Shown: positions 1 to 9,780, counted from the first letter of the stretch. The stretch: DNA of 64,000 nt from Myxococcota bacterium (GCA_022710975.1 JAKLGA010000009.1:45083-109082); one strand, 5' to 3'. Program-made: numbers and translations. Notes: generated by a model not told the origin, from the sequence alone.

Positions 1-947
1 AGACCTTCTTCAACCCCGAGACCTTCAGCTGCAAGCTGGAGCCGCCCTTCACCGGCGAGCGCGTGGGGGAGTGGATCGCGCAGCTCAAGGAGTACGACCA
101 GCTCAAGCAGAAGGGGCTCAACCTGCTCGACAAGGTGGTCCATGAGCACCCCGGCTACGCCCAGAACCAGCGCATCAAGAACCTGCGCTACTGGTTCACC
201 CAGGCCATGCCCAAGCGCATGGCCCGGGACATCGGCCTGACCACCCTGCACTACCAGGACGGCCCGAGCGGCTACCAGGGCAAGATGGCCTTCCACCTCG
301 AGCGGGCCCAGCGGTACCTGAAACCCGGGGTGATCACCGAGGAGATGCTCTCCAGGGACCAGCTCATGGAGGACAAGCTCGCCGAGGCCGAGCTCGGGGT
401 GCAGGCCGCCGAGGCGCTGGCGCTGTTCACCAAGGAGTACCTCGGCCAGGACGACGCGGACTACCGCAAGGCAGCGGCCGACTGCCACGCGCTGCTCGAT
501 CGCCTGCAGACCGGGGCCACCAAGGCCATGGCCAACGTGCGCATGCCGGCGGCCAAGTCCAGCGACGCCGGCCTGCTGCAGGTGGCCAAGGGCGTGGTGG
601 CGAAGTGCGGGGTGGGACCCTACGAGCGCATGGTGATCAACTACGGCCCGGCCCACAAGACGGAGCGCAAGAGCGAGGCCAAGGTCGAGGGCGAGTACCT
701 GCGCATCTGGCACTGGACCGAGGAGTGGGACGAGTTCCAGGTGACCCTGGCCGAGAGGTTCGACGCCAGCCCCTTCGGCCCGTCGAAGGTCGCGGGTGCG
801 AAGGCCGACGCGGGCCCCCACCACCGGCTGGTGTTCTACACCCTCAAGAAGCTGACCGTGGGCCCGAAGTGGAAGACCCTGGGCAAGTGGGTGTGCGCCG
901 ACCGCATCGTCAGCAAGAAGATCGCCAAGGAGAACATCCAGAAGTGA
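1..947 (+). CDS. hypothetical protein (5' end outside window)
   Basis: Reading frame of track ORF 63..947 stays open back to position 3 (TFFNPETFSCKLEPPFTGER...), so the gene starts upstream of the window. Protein-like composition (K/W/Y/E-rich, not RGAP-biased). No family recognised. Confidence 0.55.
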   Translation, partial: TFFNPETFSCKLEPPFTGERVGEWIAQLKEYDQLKQKGLNLLDKVVHEHPGYAQNQRIKNLRYWFTQAMPKRMARDIGLTTLHYQDGPSGYQGKMAFHLERAQRYLKPGVITEEMLSRDQLMEDKLAEAELGVQAAEALALFTKEYLGQDDADYRKAAADCHALLDRLQTGATKAMANVRMPAAKSSDAGLLQVAKGVVAKCGVGPYERMVINYGPAHKTERKSEAKVEGEYLRIWHWTEEWDEFQVTLAERFDASPFGPSKVAGAKADAGPHHRLVFYTLKKLTVGPKWKTLGKWVCADRIVSKKIAKENIQK

Positions 948-953
948 GCTGGC

Positions 954-1154
954 TCAGGCGCTGCATTCGCTCGGAACGTCGGAGGCCTCCCCCTCCAGCC
1001 CCTCGATCTTCAGCGCGCCCTCTGCGCTCAGGGCGCCGCTGAGCACCTTGCCGTCGAGCTTCAGCTCGATGCGGGTGTCCTCCACCTTGAAGGTGCCCCT
1101 CTTCTCGTATGGGGTCATGGCGTCCTCGACGAACTCCTTGCCCTTCAGGACCAC
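954..1154 (-). CDS. small hypothetical protein
   Basis: 66-codon ORF with balanced composition (MTPYEKRGTFKVEDTRIELKLDGKVLSGALSAEGALKIEGLEG), co-directional and downstream of the decarboxylase gene. Frame stays open upstream of the GTG at 1154, so the true start is uncertain. Confidence 0.3.
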   Translation of the reverse strand: MVLKGKEFVEDAMTPYEKRGTFKVEDTRIELKLDGKVLSGALSAEGALKIEGLEGEASDVPSECSA

Positions 1155-1352
1155 CTTGCCGTCCTCGCTGAAGTCCAGCTCGAACAGCGGCCCGTAGGCG
1201 CCGGGGGCCGGGTGTTCCGCGCCGCGGCTTCCTTGCGCCCCGCCGCCGGCTCGCCGGCCCAGGCCGAGGCGGCCAGGGCCAGGCAGGTGGCGAGCGCGGC
1301 CGAGATCAGGGAGATTGGCCGGGTCGAGTTCGACGTGATCGGCCTCCTCGCT

Positions 1353-2810
1353 TCAGCGGCGTCGCAGGCGGCGCAGGAGTCCGGACACCTTCTCGAGCCT
1401 CGGCAGGGCCTTGAGCGCGAGCTGGGTCAGGCGATCGCCGGGCCTGCCCGCCTCGGCCCCCAGGTCGGGCGGGGTGCCCTCGGGGCCGTACATGGCCTCC
1501 AGCATCCGCAGCACGTTCTTCTTCACCATGCCCCGCAGCGGCACGTGGGCGACGAGTCCGTACATGGCCGCCTCCCCCTGGGTGGCCAGCTCGGGCCGGC
1601 CCTTGACCTCGGCCACGGCCGTGCGCAGATCCGCCAGGTACGCGTCCACCACCCCGGCGTGGGCCTGGGTGACCATGGCGTGCAGGCAGGCCGGGTGCTG
1701 CTGGCGATCGATGTGCCAGCCGCGCGCGGTCATGCGATCCCCGACCGCGTAGATGTTCACCTGGGGATCCCGGGCGCGGTAGGCGAAGATGGTGGCGTCG
1801 GGCGCTCCGAGCACCTCCAGCTCGGGGATGGCGGCGATCCCCTCGAGCAGCCGGCGGGTGGCGTCCAGCGCCCGGCCGTGGAGCTCGAGGTAGCCGCGCT
1901 CGCCGAGCGACTGCAGGGCGGCCCAGGCCGCGGCGTAGGCCCCGCCCGGGCGGGTGCCCAGGAGGCCGGGCGAGGCGAACACCCCGCCGCACCAGTCCGT
2001 GGTGGCGAAGAACTGGTGCTTCATCAGCTCCATGTCGCGGTACAGCAGCAGCGAGGCGCCCTTGGCCGCGTAGCCGTACTTGTGCACGTCGGCCGAGATC
2101 GAGCTCACCCCCGGCACGCGGAAGTCCCAGGCCGGGATCGGCCGGCCCAGCCGCTCGACGAACGGCAGCAGGAAGCCGCCCACGCAGGCGTCCACGTGCA
2201 GCGGCAGGCCCCTGGCCTGGCACAGCCCCGAGAGCTCCTCGATCCCGTCCACCACCCCGTAGGGGTAACAGGGCGCCGAGCCCACCACCAGGATGGTGCG
2301 CGCGGAGAGCATGCGCCGGACGGCCTTCACGTCCACGCGCATGTCGGCCCGGAGCGGGGCGCGCCGGAGCCTGAGGTCGAAGTACTCGGCCGCCTTGTCG
2401 AAGGCCACGTGCACCGACTCGGGCGCGATGACCACCGCCCGGCCCGGCAGGCGGAGCCGGCGCCTGGCCCGATCGCGGTAGGTCTTCATGGCCAGCAGGA
2501 TGCTCTCGGTCCCGCCCGAGGTGAGCAGCCCGACCGTGCCCGGCCCGCCGTGGAGCAGGCCGGCGCCCATCTGCACCACCTCGGTCTCCAGGCGCTTGAG
2601 GCTCTTGAAGGCCATGGGGTTCAGCCCGTTCTCGCTGAAAAACCGCCCGTAGGCCTCGCGCAGCAGCCGGGTGTGCTCCTCGCCCGCGTGGTAGACCAGG
2701 CTCCAGGTGTGCGCCCCGCGCCAGTCGGCGTCTCCCCGGCCCATGGCGTCCAGCTCGGCCAGCACCTCGGCGCGGGGCCGGCCCTCGGTCGGCAAGCTCA
2801 GGCGGGTCAT
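1353..2810 (-). CDS. PLP-dependent group II decarboxylase family protein, sphingosine-1-phosphate lyase-like
   Basis: 485 aa. Motif SISADVHKYGYAAKGASLLLY matches the lysine-containing SxDxHKYG(F/Y)AxKG signature of S1P lyase / group II decarboxylases. GGAGGG Shine-Dalgarno 7 nt upstream of ATG at 2810. Confidence 0.85.
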   Translation of the reverse strand: MTRLSLPTEGRPRAEVLAELDAMGRGDADWRGAHTWSLVYHAGEEHTRLLREAYGRFFSENGLNPMAFKSLKRLETEVVQMGAGLLHGGPGTVGLLTSGGTESILLAMKTYRDRARRRLRLPGRAVVIAPESVHVAFDKAAEYFDLRLRRAPLRADMRVDVKAVRRMLSARTILVVGSAPCYPYGVVDGIEELSGLCQARGLPLHVDACVGGFLLPFVERLGRPIPAWDFRVPGVSSISADVHKYGYAAKGASLLLYRDMELMKHQFFATTDWCGGVFASPGLLGTRPGGAYAAAWAALQSLGERGYLELHGRALDATRRLLEGIAAIPELEVLGAPDATIFAYRARDPQVNIYAVGDRMTARGWHIDRQQHPACLHAMVTQAHAGVVDAYLADLRTAVAEVKGRPELATQGEAAMYGLVAHVPLRGMVKKNVLRMLEAMYGPEGTPPDLGAEAGRPGDRLTQLALKALPRLEKVSGLLRRLRRR

Positions 2811-2823
2811 GCGCGATCCCTCC

Positions 2824-3981
2824 TCACGGGGTCCAGCCCCGGAGCGCGTAGGCCAGGCCGATGCCCAGGTAGTTGCCCACGGCGTAGCCGATGATGCCGG
2901 TGGTGATGCCGGCCGGGAGCAGCTCGGGGTTCTTCAGCCCGGCCGTGACCACCGGCACGAAGGGCGGGGAGCAGATGGCGGACACGTGGGTCACCAGGCA
3001 GGTATCCACGTCCAGCCGGGCCAGACGGCAGAGCAGCGCCTGCACCAGTAGCGAACCGAAGATCACCAGGGCGACGAAGCCGGCCAGCTCCCACTGCACC
3101 GTGACCAGGGAGTCCAGGCGCGCCTGGGTGCCCACCGCCAGGCAGAAGACCAGCAGGATGTAGAAGCCGAGCTGGAAGGTGCGCTGGATGCGGTGCAGCG
3201 CGGGCACGAGCGAGGCGGCGATGCCCAGCGTGGTGAGCGTCAGGATGGAGACGGCGGTGCGGGCGTCCGTGGACACCTGCTGGCCGGCCAGGAAGGCGAT
3301 GGCCATCATCCCGGCCGCCGCGAGCAGCGCCAAGGCCAGCCAGGCCGCCCGCCGTGGGCGCAGCATGTCCTGGAAGGCCGAGAGCGACTCCACCTCGAGG
3401 CCGGCCGCGTCGGCGCCAGCGCCGCGCGGCCGGTAGGCCCGGAGCAGGCCGAGCTTCAGGAACAGCCGCTGGGCCAGGGAGGCCATGAACAGGATGTACA
3501 CCAGCGAGACCACGGTGTCGTAGGTGTGGAACACGATGAAGGTGTCGTTGGGCACCTGCAGCGCCTTGGAGATGGCCGCCAGGTTGGGGGTGCCCCCGGT
3601 GTACACCCCAAAGCTCATGCCGGCGAGCTGCCAGGCGTCGGGCCGATCGCGCAGCAAGAGCCAGCCCGCCGCGGTGATCAGGCCCACCGCCAGCACGGCG
3701 AAGCCGAAGGCCAGCAGCGCCCGCCCCGCCGTGGGCACCCAGCGGCGCACGTTCGAGCTGAGCAGCAGCAGCGGCAACGCCAGCGCCACGGCCACGTCCT
3801 GCAGGGTGCCCAGCGCGGGTTTCAGGCCCGCCGGCGCCAGGCCGCTGTTGCCGACCGCGATGCCGATCAGGTAGCACAGGATGACCGCGCCCACCTTGCG
3901 GGCCAGGGTGAAGCGGGCGCACAGCCACAGCACCAGCGCGGGCGCCAGCAGGTAGGCCGCGAGCAGCAGGGCGATCGCCAA
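2824..3981 (-). CDS. integral membrane protein, DUF819-like
   Basis: 385 aa, strongly hydrophobic multi-pass protein. TTG start 4 nt after the stop of the upstream acylase gene. Assignment to DUF819 is from memory of the family, not a search. Confidence 0.65.
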   Translation of the reverse strand: MAIALLLAAYLLAPALVLWLCARFTLARKVGAVILCYLIGIAVGNSGLAPAGLKPALGTLQDVAVALALPLLLLSSNVRRWVPTAGRALLAFGFAVLAVGLITAAGWLLLRDRPDAWQLAGMSFGVYTGGTPNLAAISKALQVPNDTFIVFHTYDTVVSLVYILFMASLAQRLFLKLGLLRAYRPRGAGADAAGLEVESLSAFQDMLRPRRAAWLALALLAAAGMMAIAFLAGQQVSTDARTAVSILTLTTLGIAASLVPALHRIQRTFQLGFYILLVFCLAVGTQARLDSLVTVQWELAGFVALVIFGSLLVQALLCRLARLDVDTCLVTHVSAICSPPFVPVVTAGLKNPELLPAGITTGIIGYAVGNYLGIGLAYALRGWTP

Positions 3982-3985
3982 GGGC

Positions 3986-6517
3986 TCACTCTCCGCCCGG
4001 CGCCAGGGTCAGCACGCCGCGGGCGCGCTTGCCGAGCTCGCGCCAGTCCGAGAGCATGGGCACGTACTCCCCCCGCAGCCAGCGGGCGTGCTGGTCGGCG
4101 TAGTGGGGCGAGCCGGGCCAGCCCGAGGCGCCGGTGTCCAGGATCCACAGGCTGCGGCCGAGGTCGTTCAGGTCCGCCAGCATGCGGTGCACCGGCCCGG
4201 CCACCACCTTGTAGGGGTCGCGGCCGTCGCCGATGTCGAAGTGGGCCTTCCACACCGTGTCCAGCGCGCCCGGCATGGGCTGGCGGGGCAGGTTGACCAG
4301 CTCGGCCAGGGCCGCCTTGCCGCCGAAGGGGTGGCGCAGCTCGAGGTAGTGCACCCGGCCCCAGGCCCAGCCCGCGGGCGCCGGGCCGAGCCGCTCGCCC
4401 AGCTCGGCCACCGTCTTCTGGAAGGCCGCCTGCACCACCTCGCGCCGGGTCTCGCGCCGCGGGGTCGACAGATCGTCCCAGACCGGGTGCTCGGGCTCGA
4501 AGAACCACACGTCCATCATGTGGGTCGAGTAGCGCTGCTGCAGCACGAACTCGCGCTGGGCCTCGGGCAGCTCGTCGCTCAGGGCGGCCAGGCCGGCCTG
4601 GCGGTAGGTCTCGAAGAAGAGGGTCGGGGCCGCGGCCTCGGACCTGGCCTCGAGGTCCCAGGCGATCAGCAACCCCAGGGCCTCGTCCTCGGCCTCGCTG
4701 CGCGGGGTGAGGGCCAGGAGGTCCTCCAGCAGGCAGGGCAGCACGCGCTCGGCGCGCTTCACCTTCACGTCGCGCTGGATGCGGGCGAAGGTGCTGAGGT
4801 CGTGCTTCGGGGTGGCGCGCAGCAACTCGACGATGCGATCCAGGCGGTAGGAGGGTGCGCTGTCGACGTGGAAGGGCACGGTCGCCCGCGCGGGATCCCA
4901 GAGCAGGTTGTTGGCGTGGCCCACCAGGGCGTCGGCGCCGCCGGTGAGCGCGGGCAGCTCCTCCGGCGCGGCGAAGCGCTTCCACTGGTAGTCGTCCAGC
5001 CAGCCCGGGGCCGGGAAGGTGCCCAGGTGCCGCTCGCGCACGGGGATGCGCCCGCAGGCGAACAGCTCCACCCCGCCCTGCGCGTCGGCGGCGGTGTACA
5101 CGCTGGAGGGCGCGGCCACCCCGGCCAGCAGGGCGCGCAGCTCCGCGGCGCTCTTGGCCGACTGGCTGCGCCGCAGGCGCGCCAGGCTGTCCACCATGGA
5201 GCCCGGGTCCTGGTGCAGGGCCACGAGCGGGGCGCCCTGCGGCAGCTTGCCCGGGTACACGTCCTGGAGGATCGGCCCGTTGCGGCTGGCGCGCAGGACG
5301 AACTTGCGCGGCTGGAGCTCGTCGCCGTCCCGCACCAGGATCTCCACCTCGCGCCGGGCGAGCGGCTGGAAGCCCGCGGGGGTCTGCACCCGGCCCGGGT
5401 CGGCCGGATCGACGGACTCGAGGTAGAAGTCGACCACGTCCGCCACGGCCGAGGTCATGCCCCAGGCCACCTGCTGGTTGTGCCCGATCAGCACGTAGGG
5501 CAGGCCGGGCACGCTGATGCCGATCACGTCGAACTCCGGGCAGGCGAGCTGCATCTGCATCATCATCGAGGGCAGGAGGTGCGACAGGTGCGGGTCGCTG
5601 GCGAGCAGCGGCTTGCCCGAGCGGGTGCGGGCCCCGCCCACGGCGAAGGCGTTGCTGCCCAGTCCGAAGGCGCCGGGGGAGGGGAGCCAGGCGGCGTGCT
5701 CCGCCGGGCGCGGGTCCGCCGCGGGCGGCAGGGCGCCCGGGCCCGTGGGCAGGAGCGCGCGCACCTCCGGCGCGACGGCCGGCGGCAACGCCCGGAGCTC
5801 GCCCGTGAGCGGTACGCTCACCCCGCCGTCCCAGGGGCGCGAGGGGTACAGGGCCTCGGCCCGGTCCGGGCCCTGGTGCAGCGCGATCATCAGGCGCGAC
5901 AGCTCCTGGGACCAGTTGTGGGTCACGCTCCAGGCCGTCAGCCGGCCCACGGCGAACGTGTCGGACGGCCGCCAGGGCTCGGGCGTGAGGCCCAGCAGGC
6001 GGTGCTCCAGGGGCGTCTGGTGGGCCAGGGCCGCGTTCACCCCGTCGGCGTATGCCTGGAGCAGCGCGCCCGCCTCCTCGTCCACCGCGGCCGCGTCCGC
6101 CTCGGCCGCCTCGTCGAGGCCCCAGCCGCGCATGGCCAGGTCGAACTCCACCGTGGTGCTGCCGAGCAGCGGCTGCTCGCCGACCAGCGCGCTCACCCGG
6201 CCGCGGGCGATGCGCCGGATCATGTCCATCTCGAAGAAGCGTTCGCGGGCCTGCACGTAGCCGGTGGCCCGCGCCAGGTCGCGCTCGCTCCTGGCCCGCA
6301 CGTGCGGCACGCCCTGGGGATCGAGCAGCACCTCCACCGGCGCCTCCAGGCCCGGCAGGCGCAGCGTCTCGGTGTCCGGGCGCGGGTAGTCGGGGCTCAT
6401 CTGGTAGCCCAGGAAGGCGGACAGGGCGCAGCTCGCGGACCCGAGCGAGGCCAGGCCCAGCAGGGCCGAGGCGGCGAGCAGGCGGAGCGAGCGCGTGGCG
6501 CGTGCGGTCGGGGACAT
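3986..6517 (-). CDS. penicillin acylase family Ntn-hydrolase (acyl-homoserine-lactone acylase-like), secreted
   Basis: 843 aa. N-terminal signal peptide (LLAASALLGLASLGSASC). Internal GSNAFAVGG motif typical of the beta-subunit N-terminal Ser nucleophile of penicillin/AHL acylases. Length typical of the family. Confidence 0.85.
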   Translation of the reverse strand: MSPTARATRSLRLLAASALLGLASLGSASCALSAFLGYQMSPDYPRPDTETLRLPGLEAPVEVLLDPQGVPHVRARSERDLARATGYVQARERFFEMDMIRRIARGRVSALVGEQPLLGSTTVEFDLAMRGWGLDEAAEADAAAVDEEAGALLQAYADGVNAALAHQTPLEHRLLGLTPEPWRPSDTFAVGRLTAWSVTHNWSQELSRLMIALHQGPDRAEALYPSRPWDGGVSVPLTGELRALPPAVAPEVRALLPTGPGALPPAADPRPAEHAAWLPSPGAFGLGSNAFAVGGARTRSGKPLLASDPHLSHLLPSMMMQMQLACPEFDVIGISVPGLPYVLIGHNQQVAWGMTSAVADVVDFYLESVDPADPGRVQTPAGFQPLARREVEILVRDGDELQPRKFVLRASRNGPILQDVYPGKLPQGAPLVALHQDPGSMVDSLARLRRSQSAKSAAELRALLAGVAAPSSVYTAADAQGGVELFACGRIPVRERHLGTFPAPGWLDDYQWKRFAAPEELPALTGGADALVGHANNLLWDPARATVPFHVDSAPSYRLDRIVELLRATPKHDLSTFARIQRDVKVKRAERVLPCLLEDLLALTPRSEAEDEALGLLIAWDLEARSEAAAPTLFFETYRQAGLAALSDELPEAQREFVLQQRYSTHMMDVWFFEPEHPVWDDLSTPRRETRREVVQAAFQKTVAELGERLGPAPAGWAWGRVHYLELRHPFGGKAALAELVNLPRQPMPGALDTVWKAHFDIGDGRDPYKVVAGPVHRMLADLNDLGRSLWILDTGASGWPGSPHYADQHARWLRGEYVPMLSDWRELGKRARGVLTLAPGGE

Positions 6518-6541
6518 GTGCGTGGCCTCCCTTCCCCCGGG

Positions 6542-7765
6542 TCAGAAGAGCTTGAACGGGCCGCGGAGGCCGACGCTCAGCGAATCCGTGGCCCGGCTGT
6601 TGCGCCCGGGGATCCAGGACAGGTTGCTGTAGGTGAGCGAGAGCTGCAGCGGCGCCCCCACCCGGAGCAGCGACACCACCAGCTCGGCGGTCAGCCGGTT
6701 CTTGTAGCCCGGCCGCCACAGCTTCTCCTGGGTCCAGTCCCAGAGCTCCGACTCGGACTCCCAGTCGGACTGGAACAGCCAGGTGAAGGCGTAGCCCACG
6801 CTCAGGCTGACGAGCGGAGGCAGGCTGTCCGGGTCGGCCACCTGCCCGCTCAGCCAGGTCTCGAGCACCGGCCCGCGCCAGGCCACCACGTCCAGCACGA
6901 GCTGGAAGCCGAGGAAGTCACCCGGGTCCAGCGAGTAGCGCTCCCCGGTGTAGGGCGCCAGGTCCAGGATGAGCGGGTTCTTGCGGCCCGTGGGCGCGTC
7001 GTAGGTGTGCTCGAACAGCGCCTCGTAGAAGAGATCCAGGCCCACGGTCAGGCGCTCGTCGAGCTCGCGCGGGCGGTAGTCCAGGGCCAGGTGGAGCCCG
7101 AGCTCCCCCTGGGCGTGCAGCTCCCAGCTCGTGGTGCCCGAGGCGACGATCTCCTCGGGATCCTTGGGCCGACCCGTGGGCAGCGCCCCCTGCACGGTCA
7201 GCGCCAGCCCCACGCCCTGATCGGTGAGCGCCGGCAGGTAGTCGGACAGGCGGTAGCGCAGCCCGAGGATGATGTCGGCCAGCACTCCGCGGTTGCCCAC
7301 CCAGGTGCCGGGCCGGGGCTGGCCCATGCTCTGGGCCCACTCCCAGAAGTCCTCCTCGGTGTAGGTCCGCCCCAGCCACCACATGTAGTCCCCGGGCACC
7401 CAGGACAGGCGCGGCTCCACCGTGGTCCGCAGCACCACCGGCACGCCCAGCCCGAGGGTCAGGTTGTCCAGGATGCCGTACTGCAGCTTGGCGATCAGCA
7501 CCTGGTAGGTCACCGAGGCGTCCGGGATGATGATGCCCTGCAGCCCGCCCCCCGGCTCGTAGCGGTAGAGCTTGTCGAGGAGCTGGGTGCGCCCGCCCTC
7601 GTCGTCGTAGGCGTTCGTCAACCAGGAGTGCAGGTAGGCCACGTCGACCAGGAAGGTCTCGGCCGGCAGCGTCTCGGTGGGCCGCCCGGCCCGGGCCGGC
7701 GGCGCGGCGGCCAGCAGGCCCGCGGCGAGCAGCGCCGCGGCGGGCAGCGCGTGGCGCGGGCTCAT
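6542..7765 (-). CDS. outer-membrane beta-barrel protein (predicted)
   Basis: 407 aa. Signal peptide MSPRHALPAAALLAAGLLAAAPPARAG. Alternating hydrophobic/aromatic strands and C-terminal ...GPFKLF (terminal Phe typical of OMPs). ATG at 7765 overlaps the TGA stop of the upstream gene (ATGA). Only the 3' 408 codons of track ORF 6542..9697 are used. Confidence 0.6.
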   Translation of the reverse strand: MSPRHALPAAALLAAGLLAAAPPARAGRPTETLPAETFLVDVAYLHSWLTNAYDDEGGRTQLLDKLYRYEPGGGLQGIIIPDASVTYQVLIAKLQYGILDNLTLGLGVPVVLRTTVEPRLSWVPGDYMWWLGRTYTEEDFWEWAQSMGQPRPGTWVGNRGVLADIILGLRYRLSDYLPALTDQGVGLALTVQGALPTGRPKDPEEIVASGTTSWELHAQGELGLHLALDYRPRELDERLTVGLDLFYEALFEHTYDAPTGRKNPLILDLAPYTGERYSLDPGDFLGFQLVLDVVAWRGPVLETWLSGQVADPDSLPPLVSLSVGYAFTWLFQSDWESESELWDWTQEKLWRPGYKNRLTAELVVSLLRVGAPLQLSLTYSNLSWIPGRNSRATDSLSVGLRGPFKLF

Positions 7766-9657
7766 CGGGCCGCCTCCCCGGGAGGCGCGCGCAGGTCGAG
7801 GGTGCGGAACGCTCCGTCCGTGGCGGGCACCTGGCCGAGGGCGTAGTGCAGCAGCCCCGCGGCCGGCTCCATGATCGCGGCGTTCATGCTGTCGCGCGAG
7901 TCCACCAGCTCCGGGACCGCCAGCAGCTCCTCGGCCGCGGCCGCGTCCAGGCCGCCCAGCCGCGCCCGCACGGCCTGGCCCAGCAGGTGGCCGGAGCGCA
8001 CCGAACGGAAGTAGTAGTTGGTCCAGTAGCGCTGGGGGCGCAGCGTCCAGTTCAGCAGGCGCAGGTCGAGATCCTCCGGGTTCAGCCGGAAGTGGACGTT
8101 CAGCCGCAGATCGTCCGGGCCCTCGCCGCCCAGGCGCCGGCCGTGCGCGTCGAAGCCGGCGGGCTCCTGGGACTCGGGCCGCAGCACGCGGAAGCCCGTG
8201 CCGTCCCCGAGGATGTCGCTGTCGGCCTCGACCAGGGCGAGGTCGCCCCCCGCGTCCGCGAGCAGGAAGCACCAGCCGAAGGTGTAGGGCGCCCCCCGCA
8301 GGCGCTCGAGCGCCTCGGCCACGCTGGTCGCGTGGGTGAGGATGTCGCGGCCGAGCAGCCCCATGGGGACGCCGCTGGACACGAGCCTGGCCAGGATGAG
8401 GTGCTCCCGGAGCTCGGCCACCAGCGGGTTGTCCAGGCTGTCGCACGGGTTGGCCGCGAAGGCCAGGCCCGCCTCGTTCATCCCCGAGTAGCCGAACACC
8501 GCGCCGGTCCAGCCCAGGGTGACGTGCGCCAGTCCGTCGTCCGGCCGGTGCACCAGCACCGCGGTGTGCTTGTGGGCGGTGTTCGAGTCCAGCAGGCTGA
8601 AGTGGTGCGCGAGCAGCGGGTCCCCGCCGGCCGTGGCCGGGCCCCGGGCGGCGAAACCGAACGGTCCGGGTTGGCTGCGCCCGTCGTCGAAGGACTCCTC
8701 CGGGACCTCCCAGGGCGCCTTGCCGAAGCCCGCCGTGGTGAAGCCGAAGCGCACCTCGCGGGCCATGTTGGCCTTGGCCGGGGGCGGATCGGTGATCCAG
8801 GCGGTGTCGCCCGCGGACACGATCACGGAGGTGTAGGCCGCGGGCGGGAAGCCGCCGGGCGGCCGCAGGGTGACCTCGAGCCCCGCGCCCGCCTGGCCGC
8901 AGGAGCCCAGGCCCACGCCCTCGTCCCCGGGCACGAAGGAGGCCCCCGGGATCTGCAGCCGGACCTGGTGCGGATCGACCCCGTCCTCGTCCTCCAGGCA
9001 CAGCCGCAGGCGGGCGCCGGTGGGGATCTCCACCCGGGCCACGTAGGGGGCGGGCTCGAACTCCATGGCGCTCTCGCCCGGCTCGTCGAGCTCGCCGTCG
9101 CCGTCGTTGTCGGCCCCGTCCGCCTCGGCGCCCTCGAAGGTGACGCGGGTGAGGTGGGGGGAGGACTGGTCGCGCAGGAAGTAGGTGATGGCCCGGAAGG
9201 CCACCAGGGTGTCCATGAAGGTGTTGAGGATCAGCACGGTCTCGTAGGGCACGTCCGCCCCGTCGGCCACCCCGCGCAGCTCCTCGCGGTATTCGGCCGG
9301 GATGGTGGCCTCGAGGCTCTGCGCGGACTCCAGGAAGATGAGGTAGGAGAACTGGCCGTCGTCGTAGCGCGCGTCCTGGTACTCGAGCAGGAAGTCCGCG
9401 ATGCTCGGCCGCTCGCGGTTCAGGTAGGGCAGGATCGAGGTGGACAGGAGCTGGGTGTAGAGCGAGCGCAGCTTGCTGGACACCGCGGCCCCGTGCTGGA
9501 AGCCGCGCTCGTAGGGCGTGCCCGTGAGCTCGAGGAGCTCCACGTGGCTGGGCTCCTGGGCTGCCTCGCAGCCGATCGGGCCGCCAGCCGGGCCGACCAG
9601 GAGACCCACCAGCAGGAGGGCGAACCTCGGGGCGATCATGGCGCGGAACCGGAGCAT
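7762..9657 (-). CDS. peptidase C45 / acyl-CoA:6-aminopenicillanic-acid acyltransferase-like Ntn-hydrolase family protein, secreted
   Basis: Motifs LTGTPYERGFQHG and FGYSGMNEAGLAFAAN resemble the C45 (isopenicillin-N acyltransferase-like) family. Signal peptide MLRFRAMIAPRFALLLVGLLVG. Acidic insertion EADGADNDGDGELDEPGE. Start chosen at 9657; an alternative ATG lies at 9639. Confidence 0.65.
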   Translation of the reverse strand: MLRFRAMIAPRFALLLVGLLVGPAGGPIGCEAAQEPSHVELLELTGTPYERGFQHGAAVSSKLRSLYTQLLSTSILPYLNRERPSIADFLLEYQDARYDDGQFSYLIFLESAQSLEATIPAEYREELRGVADGADVPYETVLILNTFMDTLVAFRAITYFLRDQSSPHLTRVTFEGAEADGADNDGDGELDEPGESAMEFEPAPYVARVEIPTGARLRLCLEDEDGVDPHQVRLQIPGASFVPGDEGVGLGSCGQAGAGLEVTLRPPGGFPPAAYTSVIVSAGDTAWITDPPPAKANMAREVRFGFTTAGFGKAPWEVPEESFDDGRSQPGPFGFAARGPATAGGDPLLAHHFSLLDSNTAHKHTAVLVHRPDDGLAHVTLGWTGAVFGYSGMNEAGLAFAANPCDSLDNPLVAELREHLILARLVSSGVPMGLLGRDILTHATSVAEALERLRGAPYTFGWCFLLADAGGDLALVEADSDILGDGTGFRVLRPESQEPAGFDAHGRRLGGEGPDDLRLNVHFRLNPEDLDLRLLNWTLRPQRYWTNYYFRSVRSGHLLGQAVRARLGGLDAAAAEELLAVPELVDSRDSMNAAIMEPAAGLLHYALGQVPATDGAFRTLDLRAPPGEAAR

Positions 9658-9751
9658 GGACGGGCATGTTACCACGGCTGGCCCGGTCGTCCCGCACAAG
9701 AAATACGAGGAGGAGGCCTCTTCGAAGTGGAGGGCGAAGGCGGGGAGGGAC

Positions 9752-9780
9752 GGCTTCCAGGTTGTGACCGCGGGTCGCAT
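9752..9780 (+). promoter_or_regulatory. candidate sigma-70-like promoter for the DUF433/DUF5615 pair
   Basis: TTGTGA (9752-9757), 17-nt spacer, TATGCT (9775-9780), about 50 nt upstream of ATG 9832. By-eye match only. Confidence 0.3.

Noticed and set aside
1212-2894. 560-codon plus-strand ORF and overlapping ORFs 1306..2223(-), 1411..1752(+)
   Set aside because: Overlap the well-supported PLP decarboxylase gene in other frames or strand; low-complexity translations.
4088-7846. 1252-codon plus-strand ORF
   Set aside because: Antisense to the penicillin acylase and outer-membrane protein genes; low-complexity Gly/Ala/Arg/Val/His-rich translation.
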